DNA of 63,960 bases, filler included, from an uncultured bacterium (GTDB lineage Bacteria; Latescibacterota; UBA2968): NCBI GenBank assembly GCA_964471275.1. It is 10 parts of 10 records of this genome, joined end to end, with 100 filler letters (N's around TTAATTAATTAA, not from the genome) between each part and the next. Parts side by side here need not be neighbours in the genome. Positions count along the whole stretch, not along the records: positions 20,245 to 26,841 come from CAYYGZ010000248.1; positions 26,942 to 33,499 come from CAYYGZ010000249.1; 8 more parts are not named here. One strand, given 5' to 3'. Below, one piece after another: positions 21,724 to 31,641 of this stretch (positions are counted from its first letter, which is position 1; every line of letters begins with the position of its first letter). The position numbers were made by a program, and so were the translations under genes. The notes under the pieces are model-generated. The model saw only the letters and a list, made by a program, of their open reading frames with translations, ran no database searches and was not told the origin of the DNA.

Positions 21724-22956
21724 CTGGATAACCGCCCACGCACAGAGACCGGGAAGATTACCCTTCGTGTCGGTCAGACAGAAGGGGATCTTCGTGGTGA
21801 CGATGATCGAGTTCTGCAAGCGGCCGTGAACTATGTTGCTGGTCTAGGCGGCGGCCGTGTCGAGATCATGGCCGGCATCTACACGATGAACCATGCCCTC
21901 TTCCTAAGATCGGGTATCCAGCTGGTCGGCTCTGGACCGGACACGGTGCTCAGGAAGCGGAGTGGGCGCAGGCAGGTGCTCATCCGCGACGTGGATTGGT
22001 ATGAAGCCCGTGTGGATATCGCTGAACCATCTGACTACTGGGCCGGAGCTGGCATCATGCTCCGATCTTATGTGGGCGACACCGAGAAGCTTCAGTCTGT
22101 TGTTCGAGAGACCGTCACGCGTGTTGATGGGAATACCTTGTCCCTGTCGGGCAGACTCGGGAGCAACATGTGGCTGGAAGATCACGCGTGTGCAGCGCCT
22201 CTGTTCCCTCTTCTTTCAGCCCATGAGGAGACACACGATATCAGGGTCGAAAATCTGACACTCGATGGGAATCGGGAAGAAAACGAAGAGATCAACGGTA
22301 ATTATTCGGGTGGGATTTTTATCCAGAGATGCGATCGATGGACGTTTCAGAATGTGACGTCACGCAACTACCACGGTGATGGGTTCAGCTTTCAGGTTTG
22401 CGACGACATACACTTCGACGACTGTCGATCGGAGGGAAACGCGAACCTGGGCTTCCACCCCGGAAGCGGCTCTCAGCGTCCCGTCTTCCGGAACTGTGTT
22501 TCTACCGGAAACAATCAGGGCATCTTCTTCTGCTGGGGGGTGTCAGATGGTCTTGTCGATGGATGTACGTGTTCGGACAACCGCGACTATGGCATCTCGG
22601 TCGGGCACCGGGACACGGACAACCGGATCCAGAAGACGATCATAGAGCGGAATCACAAAGTGGGTATTCTGTTCCGAGATCAGGAGGCTTTCAGGGCGGG
22701 CCACCGGAACTCGGTATCGGCCTGCACGATTCGAGACAACGGTTTCGGCATGGATGGCGTGGGAGTCGATGTCAGAGGGCAGACGCATGACATTACGTTA
22801 CGGGAGAACGTGTTATCGGACAGCGGGCAGGGGCGGCAGAAGATCGGTGTTCGGATCGGCGCGCGGTGTGAACGAGTTGATGCAGAGAACAACACGTTTT
22901 CCGGCTTGGATATGGATATTGATCGAGTGCCCCAAACAGAGGAGAGAGCACCTTGA
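21724..22956 (+). CDS. Right-handed parallel beta-helix (pectin lyase-like) protein; probable CTG start
   Basis: GDDDRVLQAAVNYV..LGGGRVEI..GIY N-terminal motif and Asn/Gly-rich beta-helix repeats. The frame is open back to TGA at 21709 with no ATG/GTG/TTG before 21826. Confidence 0.8.
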   Translation: MDNRPRTETGKITLRVGQTEGDLRGDDDRVLQAAVNYVAGLGGGRVEIMAGIYTMNHALFLRSGIQLVGSGPDTVLRKRSGRRQVLIRDVDWYEARVDIAEPSDYWAGAGIMLRSYVGDTEKLQSVVRETVTRVDGNTLSLSGRLGSNMWLEDHACAAPLFPLLSAHEETHDIRVENLTLDGNREENEEINGNYSGGIFIQRCDRWTFQNVTSRNYHGDGFSFQVCDDIHFDDCRSEGNANLGFHPGSGSQRPVFRNCVSTGNNQGIFFCWGVSDGLVDGCTCSDNRDYGISVGHRDTDNRIQKTIIERNHKVGILFRDQEAFRAGHRNSVSACTIRDNGFGMDGVGVDVRGQTHDITLRENVLSDSGQGRQKIGVRIGARCERVDAENNTFSGLDMDIDRVPQTEERAP

Positions 22957-23174
22957 GGGAAGAAGATCTGAAGGATAAGGCGATAGTTTATCTCAAGTCG
23001 CACTATGGAGAAGACACGGTGTCGATGGATGTTCAGGATAACAGTGTGGATGAGGGGAGCGGCGTGCTCCACGTCGACTGTACCGTGAGCATAGGCGGTC
23101 AGGAGTCGGATTGGACGAAGTGGTTCACGTTCCAGGACGGGAACGTCGTGAGTATGGATTGGCGGATGCGGTAG
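22953..23174 (+). CDS. Small hypothetical protein (73 aa)
   Basis: TTGA overlap with the upstream stop, GGAG SD, protein-like composition. Confidence 0.65.
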   Translation: MREEDLKDKAIVYLKSHYGEDTVSMDVQDNSVDEGSGVLHVDCTVSIGGQESDWTKWFTFQDGNVVSMDWRMR

Positions 23175-23179
23175 AGTCG

Positions 23180-23227
23180 CCGCCTTGCCTCCCGAGCGGG
23201 GCGTCGAGGAGCAGGGAGGCAGGGCGG
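23180..23227. repeat. Intergenic hairpin / REP-like inverted repeat
   Basis: ccgccttgcctccc ... gggaggcagggcgg. Confidence 0.5.
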
Positions 23228-23264
23228 ATCGGGACAGGAACTCAATCTTGACGAAAGGTGTTGT

Positions 23265-24407
23265 GTGCGGCTGGACACGAAGCTGATACATACGGGCGAG
23301 GATGCTGCTCGAGCACAAGGGTCGGTTGCACCACCCATTTATCAGACGGCGACCTATGCCACGCAGCCGGGTGTGGCGTATGACGACATCCAATATGCGC
23401 GGCTGAACAACACGCCGAATCACAATGCCCTGCACGAGAAGATTGCGGCGATTGCGGGTGGCGAAGCCTGTATCGTTACAGGGTCCGGGATGGCCGCTAT
23501 CTCGACCGCGTTGCTGACGGTGCTGAAGGCGGGTGACCACTTTCTTGTGCAGGACTGTATTTACGGTGGCACGCACAGTCTGCTGAAGGAAAATCTCCCT
23601 GCCGCTGGAATCACGCACACGACGATCGACGCACGGGATCCCTCCTCCTGGCAGGCACTTCTTCGGCCAGAGACCAAAGCGATCTACGTTGAGGCGATTA
23701 CCAATCCGATGCTCGATGTTGCCTGCCTCCGGGAGATCGTAGCGTTCGCCAAGGAGCACGATCTGGTCTCGCTGATTGACAACACCTTCTGCTCCCCGGC
23801 CAATTTTCGATCACTGGATATCGGTTTCGATATCGAACTGCACAGTGCGACCAAGTATCTGAATGGTCACTCCGACATTGTCGCCGGCTGCGCGATCGGG
23901 AAGAAAGATACGATTCGCCAGATTACGCACAGTCTGAACCATCTCGGCGGCTGCCTTGATCCGCACGCGTGCTTTCTCCTGCATCGTGGGCTGAAGACGC
24001 TATCACTCCGTGTAGGCCGTCAGAACGAGAACGGTCTCGCGCTAGCTGGATTTCTCGAATTTCATCCAGGGGTTGAACGGGTCATTTATCCAGGGCTCGC
24101 CAGTCACCCCGATCACTGTCGTGCCGCGGATCTTTTCGTAGGATGCGGCGGTGTCGTGGGCTTTGAGGCGTGTGGTGGTCCTGAGGCGGCTGATCGGTTG
24201 ATTGAGAACCTGTCGCTTCCGACGTTCGCGCCAAGCCTCGGTGGTGTCGAGACTCTGATCACGCGTCCTGCCCTGACAACGCACAGTGGTATGTCTCCGG
24301 AAGACCGGAGCAAGGCGGGAATTACAGACACGCTGGTTCGGATCGCCGTCGGTATCGAAGCCGCGGTAGATCTCTGCGATGATTTCGATCGTGCTCTAAG
24401 AGCTTAA
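23265..24407 (+). CDS. PLP-dependent trans-sulfuration enzyme (cystathionine gamma-lyase/synthase or methionine gamma-lyase family)
   Basis: PPIYQTATY, GSGMAAIS, IDNTF, HSATKYLNGHSD, SLGGVETL. Confidence 0.92.
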   Translation: MRLDTKLIHTGEDAARAQGSVAPPIYQTATYATQPGVAYDDIQYARLNNTPNHNALHEKIAAIAGGEACIVTGSGMAAISTALLTVLKAGDHFLVQDCIYGGTHSLLKENLPAAGITHTTIDARDPSSWQALLRPETKAIYVEAITNPMLDVACLREIVAFAKEHDLVSLIDNTFCSPANFRSLDIGFDIELHSATKYLNGHSDIVAGCAIGKKDTIRQITHSLNHLGGCLDPHACFLLHRGLKTLSLRVGRQNENGLALAGFLEFHPGVERVIYPGLASHPDHCRAADLFVGCGGVVGFEACGGPEAADRLIENLSLPTFAPSLGGVETLITRPALTTHSGMSPEDRSKAGITDTLVRIAVGIEAAVDLCDDFDRALRA

Positions 24408-24438
24408 TCGGTAGACCGAGTTCGGATACCACGTGCAA

Positions 24439-25269
24439 ATGGAAGAACGTCTCGTCACAGTAGGTATGTTGAAGGATGTTCCCGAGAAGTGGGATATCGA
24501 CAGGAACTGGTCTGTCTTCTGCGAGCAGTTCGAACGGTGTGCGTCGGGTGTCGATGTGTTTGTGACTCCGGAATGTCACTATGATGGGTATGCGGTAACA
24601 GAAGAGGATTGGACGGTCGAACGTTTTGCAGATGTGTCACTCGAGGTGGAGAGTGATCGGATCGCCGAGTTGTGCGGGATGGCGCGAGAACAGCAGACAG
24701 CAATCGTCTATGGGTTTACCGAGCTGCTGGAGCGAGGGTTCTACAACTGTGCGCTTCTGGTAGATCACTTCGGGGACGTTGTCGGGAAGTATCATAAGAC
24801 GCATCTTCAGAACCACGATCATCGCTTCCGGCGCGGCGGACACCTGGATGCTTTCGACCTGCAATTCGGACGAGTCGGGATGGTGGTCTGCGCGGATCGG
24901 AGGTGGCCTGAATCGATGCGCACGCTCCGGCTGAATGGCGCCGAGATCTGTCTGATGCCGACCTACGGCATGTGGCACGAGGAAAATGAGTGGTGGATGC
25001 GAACACGGTCCTACGAAAACCAGATGTTTGTGTGTTTCACGCATCCCAATGTAAGCCTGATCACGGATCCCCGAGGCAAAGTGTCGGCAAAATTGCAGTC
25101 AAACGTGACCGACGTGCTTGTTCACACGATCGATCTCTCTGAGGCAAAGCAAGACAACCATTTGGCAGATCGGCGTCCTGAATTGTATGGTCCTCTGTCT
25201 GATGTGGATCATCCATCAGCGCAGCCACCGTATGTCGCCCCGTCCCAAGATGATCAAGGAGACGCGTGA
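24439..25269 (+). CDS. Carbon-nitrogen hydrolase (nitrilase superfamily)
   Basis: E-K-C triad: VTPEC, YHKTHL, VCADRRWPE. Confidence 0.9.
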   Translation: MEERLVTVGMLKDVPEKWDIDRNWSVFCEQFERCASGVDVFVTPECHYDGYAVTEEDWTVERFADVSLEVESDRIAELCGMAREQQTAIVYGFTELLERGFYNCALLVDHFGDVVGKYHKTHLQNHDHRFRRGGHLDAFDLQFGRVGMVVCADRRWPESMRTLRLNGAEICLMPTYGMWHEENEWWMRTRSYENQMFVCFTHPNVSLITDPRGKVSAKLQSNVTDVLVHTIDLSEAKQDNHLADRRPELYGPLSDVDHPSAQPPYVAPSQDDQGDA

Positions 25270-26327
25270 TGTCCTATCGAGTTGCACTCATCGGTAATCG
25301 TGCTCATCAGAATTCGTATGGCCCGATTTGGAAGGCTCGCACGGATTCGGAGATTATCGCGCTTGCCGAGCACAACGAAGAGAAGGCAAAGGCGCTGGAA
25401 GTGAAGTATGAGCTGCCCTGCAGTCGAAACTATGATGCCGTTCTCGAGCGAGATGATATCGATATCGTTTGTATCGCCACGGACTTTTACCTCAAACGCT
25501 GGCTTGTGCCAAAGGCGGCGCATTGCGGCAAGCACATTCTTGTCGACAAGTCGCTGGCGAGGACGATGAGGGAGGCGATCGCGATCGAGGAAGAGACCCG
25601 CGATTCGGGTGTAAAGATTCAGCTGTCCTACCCGCACCGATTCTACCCGGGCTACCGGACGCTGATCGAGAAGATTCGGTCGGGCGTGTATGAGCGGCCC
25701 GTTTCGTGGACGAACTACTTCATTCGCCAGTTCCCCGACACCGATCTGAAGAAGTATGTCAGCTACCCGACTGCCGCTCGCATCAACGGTGGGGGGGAGT
25801 TGATGAACCTTGGCAGTCATCCGGTCGACCTGATCCACTATGCCTTCGGGATGCCGAAGCGTGTGTATGCCCACTTTGAGACGGCTTACTGGCCTGACTA
25901 CTACGATGAGTTCGGTACGGAAGACGTCGTCACACTGATGTGTGAATATGACGGGCTTGTTGCGACGGTGATCGTCGGTCGGAATCGTGTTTCTTTTAAA
26001 GGATCTGCCGTGGATTCGATCGATCTCTGGTGTCGGGGCGTCCATGCTCGAGCAACGGTTGACAGTATCCACGAGAATGGTACAGAACTGGGTGTGGAAC
26101 CGTGTGCTACGGGCACTTCTGCGGCTTGCGTGCAGAATCTGATCGATGCGATTGTCGATGATGCGCCGCTCGAGTCATCCGTTGCCGACGGTGTCGCTGC
26201 TACTGCGATCACCACGGCTGGATACCAGTCGGCCGCAAGCCGTACATTCGTAGACCTGCCACTCGCAGACGACCGGCATCCGATGATCGCAGATGACGAG
26301 CAGATCATCGAAGGCTTTCTGGATTGA
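25269..26327 (+). CDS. Gfo/Idh/MocA family oxidoreductase
   Basis: DIDIVCIAT, GKHILVDKSLA, GGGELMNLGSHPVD. Confidence 0.88.
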   Translation: MSYRVALIGNRAHQNSYGPIWKARTDSEIIALAEHNEEKAKALEVKYELPCSRNYDAVLERDDIDIVCIATDFYLKRWLVPKAAHCGKHILVDKSLARTMREAIAIEEETRDSGVKIQLSYPHRFYPGYRTLIEKIRSGVYERPVSWTNYFIRQFPDTDLKKYVSYPTAARINGGGELMNLGSHPVDLIHYAFGMPKRVYAHFETAYWPDYYDEFGTEDVVTLMCEYDGLVATVIVGRNRVSFKGSAVDSIDLWCRGVHARATVDSIHENGTELGVEPCATGTSAACVQNLIDAIVDDAPLESSVADGVAATAITTAGYQSAASRTFVDLPLADDRHPMIADDEQIIEGFLD

Positions 26328-26841
26328 CCGTGGCCTCCGAGAAACTCCACATCTGTATGACGATGGATGTCGAACGGATCGCAGCTTGTTCGCCTGCGGG
26401 AGGTCCGCCCGATTGGGATTTCGCAGCGCGCTCTGTGCGATCGTATTGCGAAATCCTGCGCGCGTCGGATTTTGCGCCGACGCTGTTTGTCGTGCCTGAC
26501 ACTGCGGACACGCAGGCTGAACTTCTGATTGGTCTTTCGGAAACAACTGGCGCGGAGCTGGGCATGCACATGCACCCCCAATGCTGGAGAGACAACTATC
26601 TGGATGCCGACCGTCACGAATACCTGGGTGGTTATACCGGGGTGGAACAGCGTCGGATCATCGGTGAAGGTCGGGAGCAGTGGGAGGGGGCTATCGGTTT
26701 CGTTCCTAGGGCATTCCGGGGAGGGAATTTCTCGGCAAACGATGAGACTTTCCAGGTGCTTGTCGATTCGGGATTCACGCACGGGAGCGTGAGCCAGCCT
26801 GGTCGAGTCCTTCCTCAGTTCCGGGCGGTGTGGGCTGGTGC
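26324..26841 (+). CDS. Polysaccharide deacetylase (NodB-like) family, 3' partial
   Basis: TMDVE, TLFVVP, ELGMHMHP, PRAFRGG. Confidence 0.75.
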
Positions 26842-26941
26842 NNNNNNNNNNNNNNNNNNNNNNNNNNNNNNNNNNNNNNNNNNNNTTAATTAATTAANNN
26901 NNNNNNNNNNNNNNNNNNNNNNNNNNNNNNNNNNNNNNNNN
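26842..26941. other. Artificial contig linker
   Basis: N/TTAATTAATTAA/N. Confidence 0.99.
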
Positions 26942-27534
26942 TCGAAAACGATACCGTTTGCCTTGAATCCCTCGTAGTTGTTGATCACCAGCTGTACAAA
27001 CCGGTCGAACATATCGTTGACAAGTTCCGGAGACTCCACCATCCAGACCAGTTCAGTCTCCTGCCCAACCCAGTGCCAGATCGGATGGAAGCAGATGTGA
27101 CCCGAATACATCAGATACTTGCCTGCTTCCCTGGCTGCACGACACGCATCGAGCGATCCCCGGATGCGATCATCGTCATAGGTCAGTCTATGCTTGTTAG
27201 CCTCCCAGGATTCTCGATCCTTGATCGTGTAGTCAAGCCACTGGGGTGTCCAACCGCTCCCGATCTTCAGGTCGCGTCGCGTCACGCCGTTTGCGTCGAG
27301 ATACACGCGTGACTCCGCATCCTCCTTGACGTCCACTCGCTCGAACCGCAGCGTGTCATCACCGCCGATCCGGGCAATGTCATTCACACCCAGAAAGTCC
27401 AGCGGGTGTACCCCCTTGGGCAATCCTTCCCTGTGCCACCTCGCCAGTGTCGACCCCCAAACGCTGTCGTGGATGCCGATCCGGTCCGGTACACCACCCT
27501 CGTAAATCGTACAGACACGCTCGCGCCCCGTCAC
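26942..27534 (-). CDS. Uroporphyrinogen decarboxylase / MtaA-like family protein, 3' partial
   Basis: MTGRERV......PDRI, TLARWHREGLP, G.E..LVWMVESPELVNDM. Confidence 0.75.
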
Positions 27535-27565
27535 ACGACCCTCATTCTGTGATGTGTGAACGACA

Positions 27566-28960
27566 TCAGCCGATCTGTGCTCGCCACAGCTGCTCGATAC
27601 GCTCCAGTTCTTGATCTGCTGCCTTGTCGAGGCAAATCTCCGGACTCATCGATAGGATCTCATTGACGCGTCCCTGTGCCTGTTTTCGAAGATCCATTCC
27701 GCCAGCCAGAGACCAGCCATCACGTCGATCTCGGTTACCGAGAGAAATGTCGGTCAGTTCACGGCGAAACCAGTCCAGCGTGTGCGGATGTGTCAGATAT
27801 TCGCCGCCCGCCGCAAGCGACGTGATCACGTCCTCAGCGATATGCTCCGCATCGACCGTGATCCCGAGTTCCACACGCTCGGTCTGCCCGACAATCCCAT
27901 CGTCAATGACCAGCTGCTCTGCCGAGATCGACATCTGAGATTCGAGCTGCCCCATCCCCCAGATCAGGTTGACACCGTTCTGCCTGTGGAGCAAAAAACC
28001 CATCGCTTTCTCGGAGGCTGCCTGAGCGTCCTCGCACATGGCCTCGGTACTCACCCACGATGCACAGGGCAGACCGTAGAGTCGGGCCATCTCCGCAGAC
28101 GCGGCACCGATCAGAAACACCTCGGGGCTGCCACCCAGCGCGACGGCGGTGCGCATATCGAGTGTGTGCGCGAAGCCGCCGTTATAGAAGCAAGGTCTCC
28201 CGGGTTCGAGCACTTGTGCGATCGCGATCCCGGACAGTGTTTCAGCGTTTGCCTGTGCGATCGACCCCGCAAGCGTCACCGGTGAGGTCGCACCTGCCAT
28301 CGGCTCGGCGTTCAGCATCAGCGGATAGCCGTGACCGCTCGTCTTACGAATCACGTCCAGTGCGGTTACGGCCCAGTGGAGCGGGCTGAGAACGCTGTAC
28401 CCGAAGCTGACGACGTTCTGTTCGGCATTGCCGTCACCAAGCACTTCAGCCATCTCGAGAACGGCATCAATACCGATTGACGACGTGACCACAGGGCGCA
28501 GGTGCTTGCACGTGTGACGGGCCATCAGCCGAAATGTGGCAAAGTCCCGAACGACCGGTTCGAACTCACCAACCGACACACCGACCATGGCGTGCACGTG
28601 ATCCAGAGCATCGACAAGACGCGTCAGATCGACAAAGTCCGCACTCTGGATGTACCGGCGTTCCTGACCCTCGACAAGATAGAGCGCGTTGCCCGGCCAA
28701 TAGCACGTGCCGCCCTCGACACCAACCTGAGACAGTTGACCGTCTCTCCCCCCGAGAACGACCTCGCGGGGACACTTGTCCAGCCAGCCGCGCAGCCATT
28801 CTTCGTCAAAGCGGGCTCGATTTAACACCCGATCCGCTTTGGCTCCAGCTTCGGCAAGCAAGTCCAGAACCTTCGGACAATCGATACGCACACCGGCCGT
28901 TTCGAGAAGCCGAAAGCTGGCCTGGTGTATCGATTGCCTGTCGTCTGGGCTTAGATACAC
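27566..28960 (-). CDS. Trimethylamine methyltransferase (MttB superfamily), non-pyrrolysine
   Basis: SIHQASFRLLE..GV, SPLHW, PMAGATSPVTLAGSIAQANAE, DMRT, GSPE, DAQAASEK, EQLVIDD. No internal amber codon. Confidence 0.92.
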   Translation of the reverse strand: MYLSPDDRQSIHQASFRLLETAGVRIDCPKVLDLLAEAGAKADRVLNRARFDEEWLRGWLDKCPREVVLGGRDGQLSQVGVEGGTCYWPGNALYLVEGQERRYIQSADFVDLTRLVDALDHVHAMVGVSVGEFEPVVRDFATFRLMARHTCKHLRPVVTSSIGIDAVLEMAEVLGDGNAEQNVVSFGYSVLSPLHWAVTALDVIRKTSGHGYPLMLNAEPMAGATSPVTLAGSIAQANAETLSGIAIAQVLEPGRPCFYNGGFAHTLDMRTAVALGGSPEVFLIGAASAEMARLYGLPCASWVSTEAMCEDAQAASEKAMGFLLHRQNGVNLIWGMGQLESQMSISAEQLVIDDGIVGQTERVELGITVDAEHIAEDVITSLAAGGEYLTHPHTLDWFRRELTDISLGNRDRRDGWSLAGGMDLRKQAQGRVNEILSMSPEICLDKAADQELERIEQLWRAQIG

Positions 28961-29011
28961 TAAACGCCCCTCCAGGACACCGGGAAAGCTCGCATGGAAC
29001 CTGACCTCATC

Positions 29012-29863
29012 CTACGGCCTCCCGTCACGTTCACGGTATGCTGCCAGTACACGGCTGACACGATCCTGTGTCTCGGCGTAGACGACCACTGGTGACTCAC
29101 CGGAGGCAATGCGATCGATCGTCCGGCGGAAGAGGCTACGAGGACGGGAACCACTTACAAGCATCGGCTTGGAACCCGAGCGTGTATCACCTTCTTCGGA
29201 TGCGAAGGGTCGATCTTTCTCGGACGCAGATGCCCTGTCCTCTCCGGCAACGGCCGCCGCTGCTGCGCGATCACCTTGCATCCAGAGCACAAATCCTTTC
29301 AGGACACGCGAATCCCGGTTCCCGGCATCGAAGGCAATCGCCTTGTCGAGATGTCCGATCGCATCATCATATCGGCCTTGGAGGAGCGCAACTTCACCGA
29401 GCTTGACCGTGGCTTCGCTCGACTCCTTGTTGACCTGATACATACTCTGAAAATACCCTTGGGCCTTCGCAAGATCGAAGGGCGTCGAATCCTGACCGCA
29501 GGCGTGCAACGCACCCAACTGGGCAAAACCCCGAGCACTGTGGGGGTGTTCCGAGACAAGCCTCTGCCACGCACGCCCGGCATCCGCGTAACGCCCCAAC
29601 TCGAAGGAGACATTGCCGAAATGATAGAGCGATCCTTCGTGCGCGGGATCCAGAGCGAGTGCAGCGTGAAGCGAATCACGACCCGGCTTCAGCCGATCTT
29701 CGCGCACAAGATTCAGTCCCGCTCGATACGAGGACCAGAACGCAATCGTCGCGGCGCGTCGAACGGAATCGGCACCAGGTGCAGCCGCGAGCTCGACCTC
29801 TGCCCGCTCACACGCCACCAGGAGCAGTGATAGCACACATACAATGGCCCCCCCGTATCTCAC
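29012..29863 (-). CDS. Tetratricopeptide repeat protein, probable lipoprotein
   Basis: GTG start overlaps the upstream TGA (GTGA). Hydrophobic stretch ending LLVAC. TPR-like ALALDPAH...YHFGNV..ELGRY repeats. Confidence 0.75.
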   Translation of the reverse strand: MRYGGAIVCVLSLLLVACERAEVELAAAPGADSVRRAATIAFWSSYRAGLNLVREDRLKPGRDSLHAALALDPAHEGSLYHFGNVSFELGRYADAGRAWQRLVSEHPHSARGFAQLGALHACGQDSTPFDLAKAQGYFQSMYQVNKESSEATVKLGEVALLQGRYDDAIGHLDKAIAFDAGNRDSRVLKGFVLWMQGDRAAAAAVAGEDRASASEKDRPFASEEGDTRSGSKPMLVSGSRPRSLFRRTIDRIASGESPVVVYAETQDRVSRVLAAYRERDGRP

Positions 29864-31638
29864 GGGAGGGGTTCCTCGGCCACCACAGTCTGGTTGATCC
29901 CGATATCTGTAAGAACCTGCCTGTCCCCGAGCGGCCATCGGATGACCAGCGAATCCACGCTCGCCGATCCGCCAAGACCAAAAAGTATTTCACCTGCCGC
30001 GTGCTGTGAGCAGTAAGACGAACCGGCCGTGCTCTCTCGGATCTGTCGCTTCGTCCCCGCCACGAGAGTCACGCGGGCCCCCACGCCGTGACAGTTTTGC
30101 CCCCTCCCATGCAGCCTCACCTTCAGCCAACTGTTCCCGGTATCCTGATCGTTTCGCAGCAACAGGCACGGCTCACCGTGGGCGACAAACAGGGCGTCCG
30201 GGTCCCCATCATTATCGTAATCCCCGACCGCCAGTCCCCTGCCGACCATCCACCGGCCAAGCGCCTCCCCACTGACGGGCGAGACATCGAAGAAGCCCCT
30301 TTCGATCCCGGCATTCCAGAAGATCTGGGGCTGCATGGGGCTCATCTTTTCCGGCAGATCTGGTGCCGAAAGGGTGTGGCCGTTCGAGATGATCAGATCC
30401 AGACGCGTGTCGAGATCGAAATCCAGAAACGCAGTGCCCCATCCTACGTAGTCAAGTGCAACCTGTCCCAACCCCATCTGTTCCGCGTTGTCCGAAAATC
30501 GCATCGACTCACTTGCGGGAACGCCCAGATCGTTCAGATCCGAAAACAGATTCTGGTAGTACGCGTTCTCCTGCGCAATCCAGTGCGTCACGAACAGATC
30601 CAGGTCCCCATCCGTGTCTACGTCACCGACTGCCAACCCCATCGCGCCGCGGTAATCCGCCACGAATGTGGCCAAGCTCACATCATCGAACCTGCCATCC
30701 TGCAGGTTCCTGAAGAGCACATTATCCGAGACATCATTTGCCACGTAGAGATCAAGCCAGCCGTCGTTATTGAAGTCCCACCAGATTGCCGACAGACTCT
30801 TACCGGCCGCATTCGAAACACCTGCAAAGTCAGCAACGTCCGTAAACATCCCGTCGTTGTTTTGGAGCAGAAGATTCCGCTCGGAAGGAAAGCTGGAGGG
30901 GTTGATCGATGCAGGAGAGAGTGTCTGATACTGGGGCTCGGTCAGGTCGGGTTCGAGAGGCGTATACCTGACGTAGCCGCACACGTAGAGATCGAGATCT
31001 CCGTCTCGGTCGTAGTCCGCCCACGATACGCCTGTCCAAAATCCCTGAAACGTCTCCAGACCGGCATCTCCCACGAGCTCGAACCGTCCCCCACCCAGGT
31101 TGCGGTAAAGCGCGAGACTCCCATACTCGGTGACGACGAGATCCAGAAGCCCGTCACCGCTGTAATCGGCCCATACGGCCCCGTGCCCGAGGGCCTGACG
31201 TCCGACACCTGCCGCCAGCGTCACGTCCTCGAATCGCTTGCCCTCTATGTTCCGATACAGAGCATTCCGACCAGATTGCGAATTGCTCTGGTAGGTCGGC
31301 AGGGGGCCCGCTACATTCACGATGTACAGATCGATCCAGCCATCGTTGTCAAAATCGCCCCACGCGGCTCCAGACCCCATGTCCTCGGGCAATTGAATCG
31401 ACCGCGTTCCGGGGAAGTGTCGGAAATCGATCCCAACCTCGTCTGTCGCATCACGCCAGACAACCGAACGATAATCATCCGGCAGGCCCCGTTTGAGCGT
31501 ATCCGTGATTCCGTCCAGCGACTCGCCCGGTCTGTAGGGCTGTGTATTGTCACCAACGACGACCCAGACAACGACTGCGATCAGCGCGGCGCTGATCCAC
31601 AACGTACGTACGACCAGCCTCTTCCGACGTGACAGCAT
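29860..31638 (-). CDS. CRTAC1 / ASPIC-UnbV family FG-GAP repeat protein with N-terminal anchor
   Basis: Repeated WGDFDNDGWIDL-type motifs, MGSGAAW, C-terminal WLKVRL.G..N..GVGARV...FGLG. Confidence 0.93.
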   Translation of the reverse strand: MLSRRKRLVVRTLWISAALIAVVVWVVVGDNTQPYRPGESLDGITDTLKRGLPDDYRSVVWRDATDEVGIDFRHFPGTRSIQLPEDMGSGAAWGDFDNDGWIDLYIVNVAGPLPTYQSNSQSGRNALYRNIEGKRFEDVTLAAGVGRQALGHGAVWADYSGDGLLDLVVTEYGSLALYRNLGGGRFELVGDAGLETFQGFWTGVSWADYDRDGDLDLYVCGYVRYTPLEPDLTEPQYQTLSPASINPSSFPSERNLLLQNNDGMFTDVADFAGVSNAAGKSLSAIWWDFNNDGWLDLYVANDVSDNVLFRNLQDGRFDDVSLATFVADYRGAMGLAVGDVDTDGDLDLFVTHWIAQENAYYQNLFSDLNDLGVPASESMRFSDNAEQMGLGQVALDYVGWGTAFLDFDLDTRLDLIISNGHTLSAPDLPEKMSPMQPQIFWNAGIERGFFDVSPVSGEALGRWMVGRGLAVGDYDNDGDPDALFVAHGEPCLLLRNDQDTGNSWLKVRLHGRGQNCHGVGARVTLVAGTKRQIRESTAGSSYCSQHAAGEILFGLGGSASVDSLVIRWPLGDRQVLTDIGINQTVVAEEPLP

Positions 31639-31641
31639 AAA

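Noticed and set aside
27566..28960. Pyrrolysine in MttB
   Set aside because: The ORF is uninterrupted, with no in-frame TAG and no pyl genes visible.
30088..31632. Long antisense ORFs (also 42349-43533, 22680-23759, 35264-36121)
   Set aside because: Shadow ORFs opposite well-supported genes in GC-rich DNA, with no recognisable motifs.
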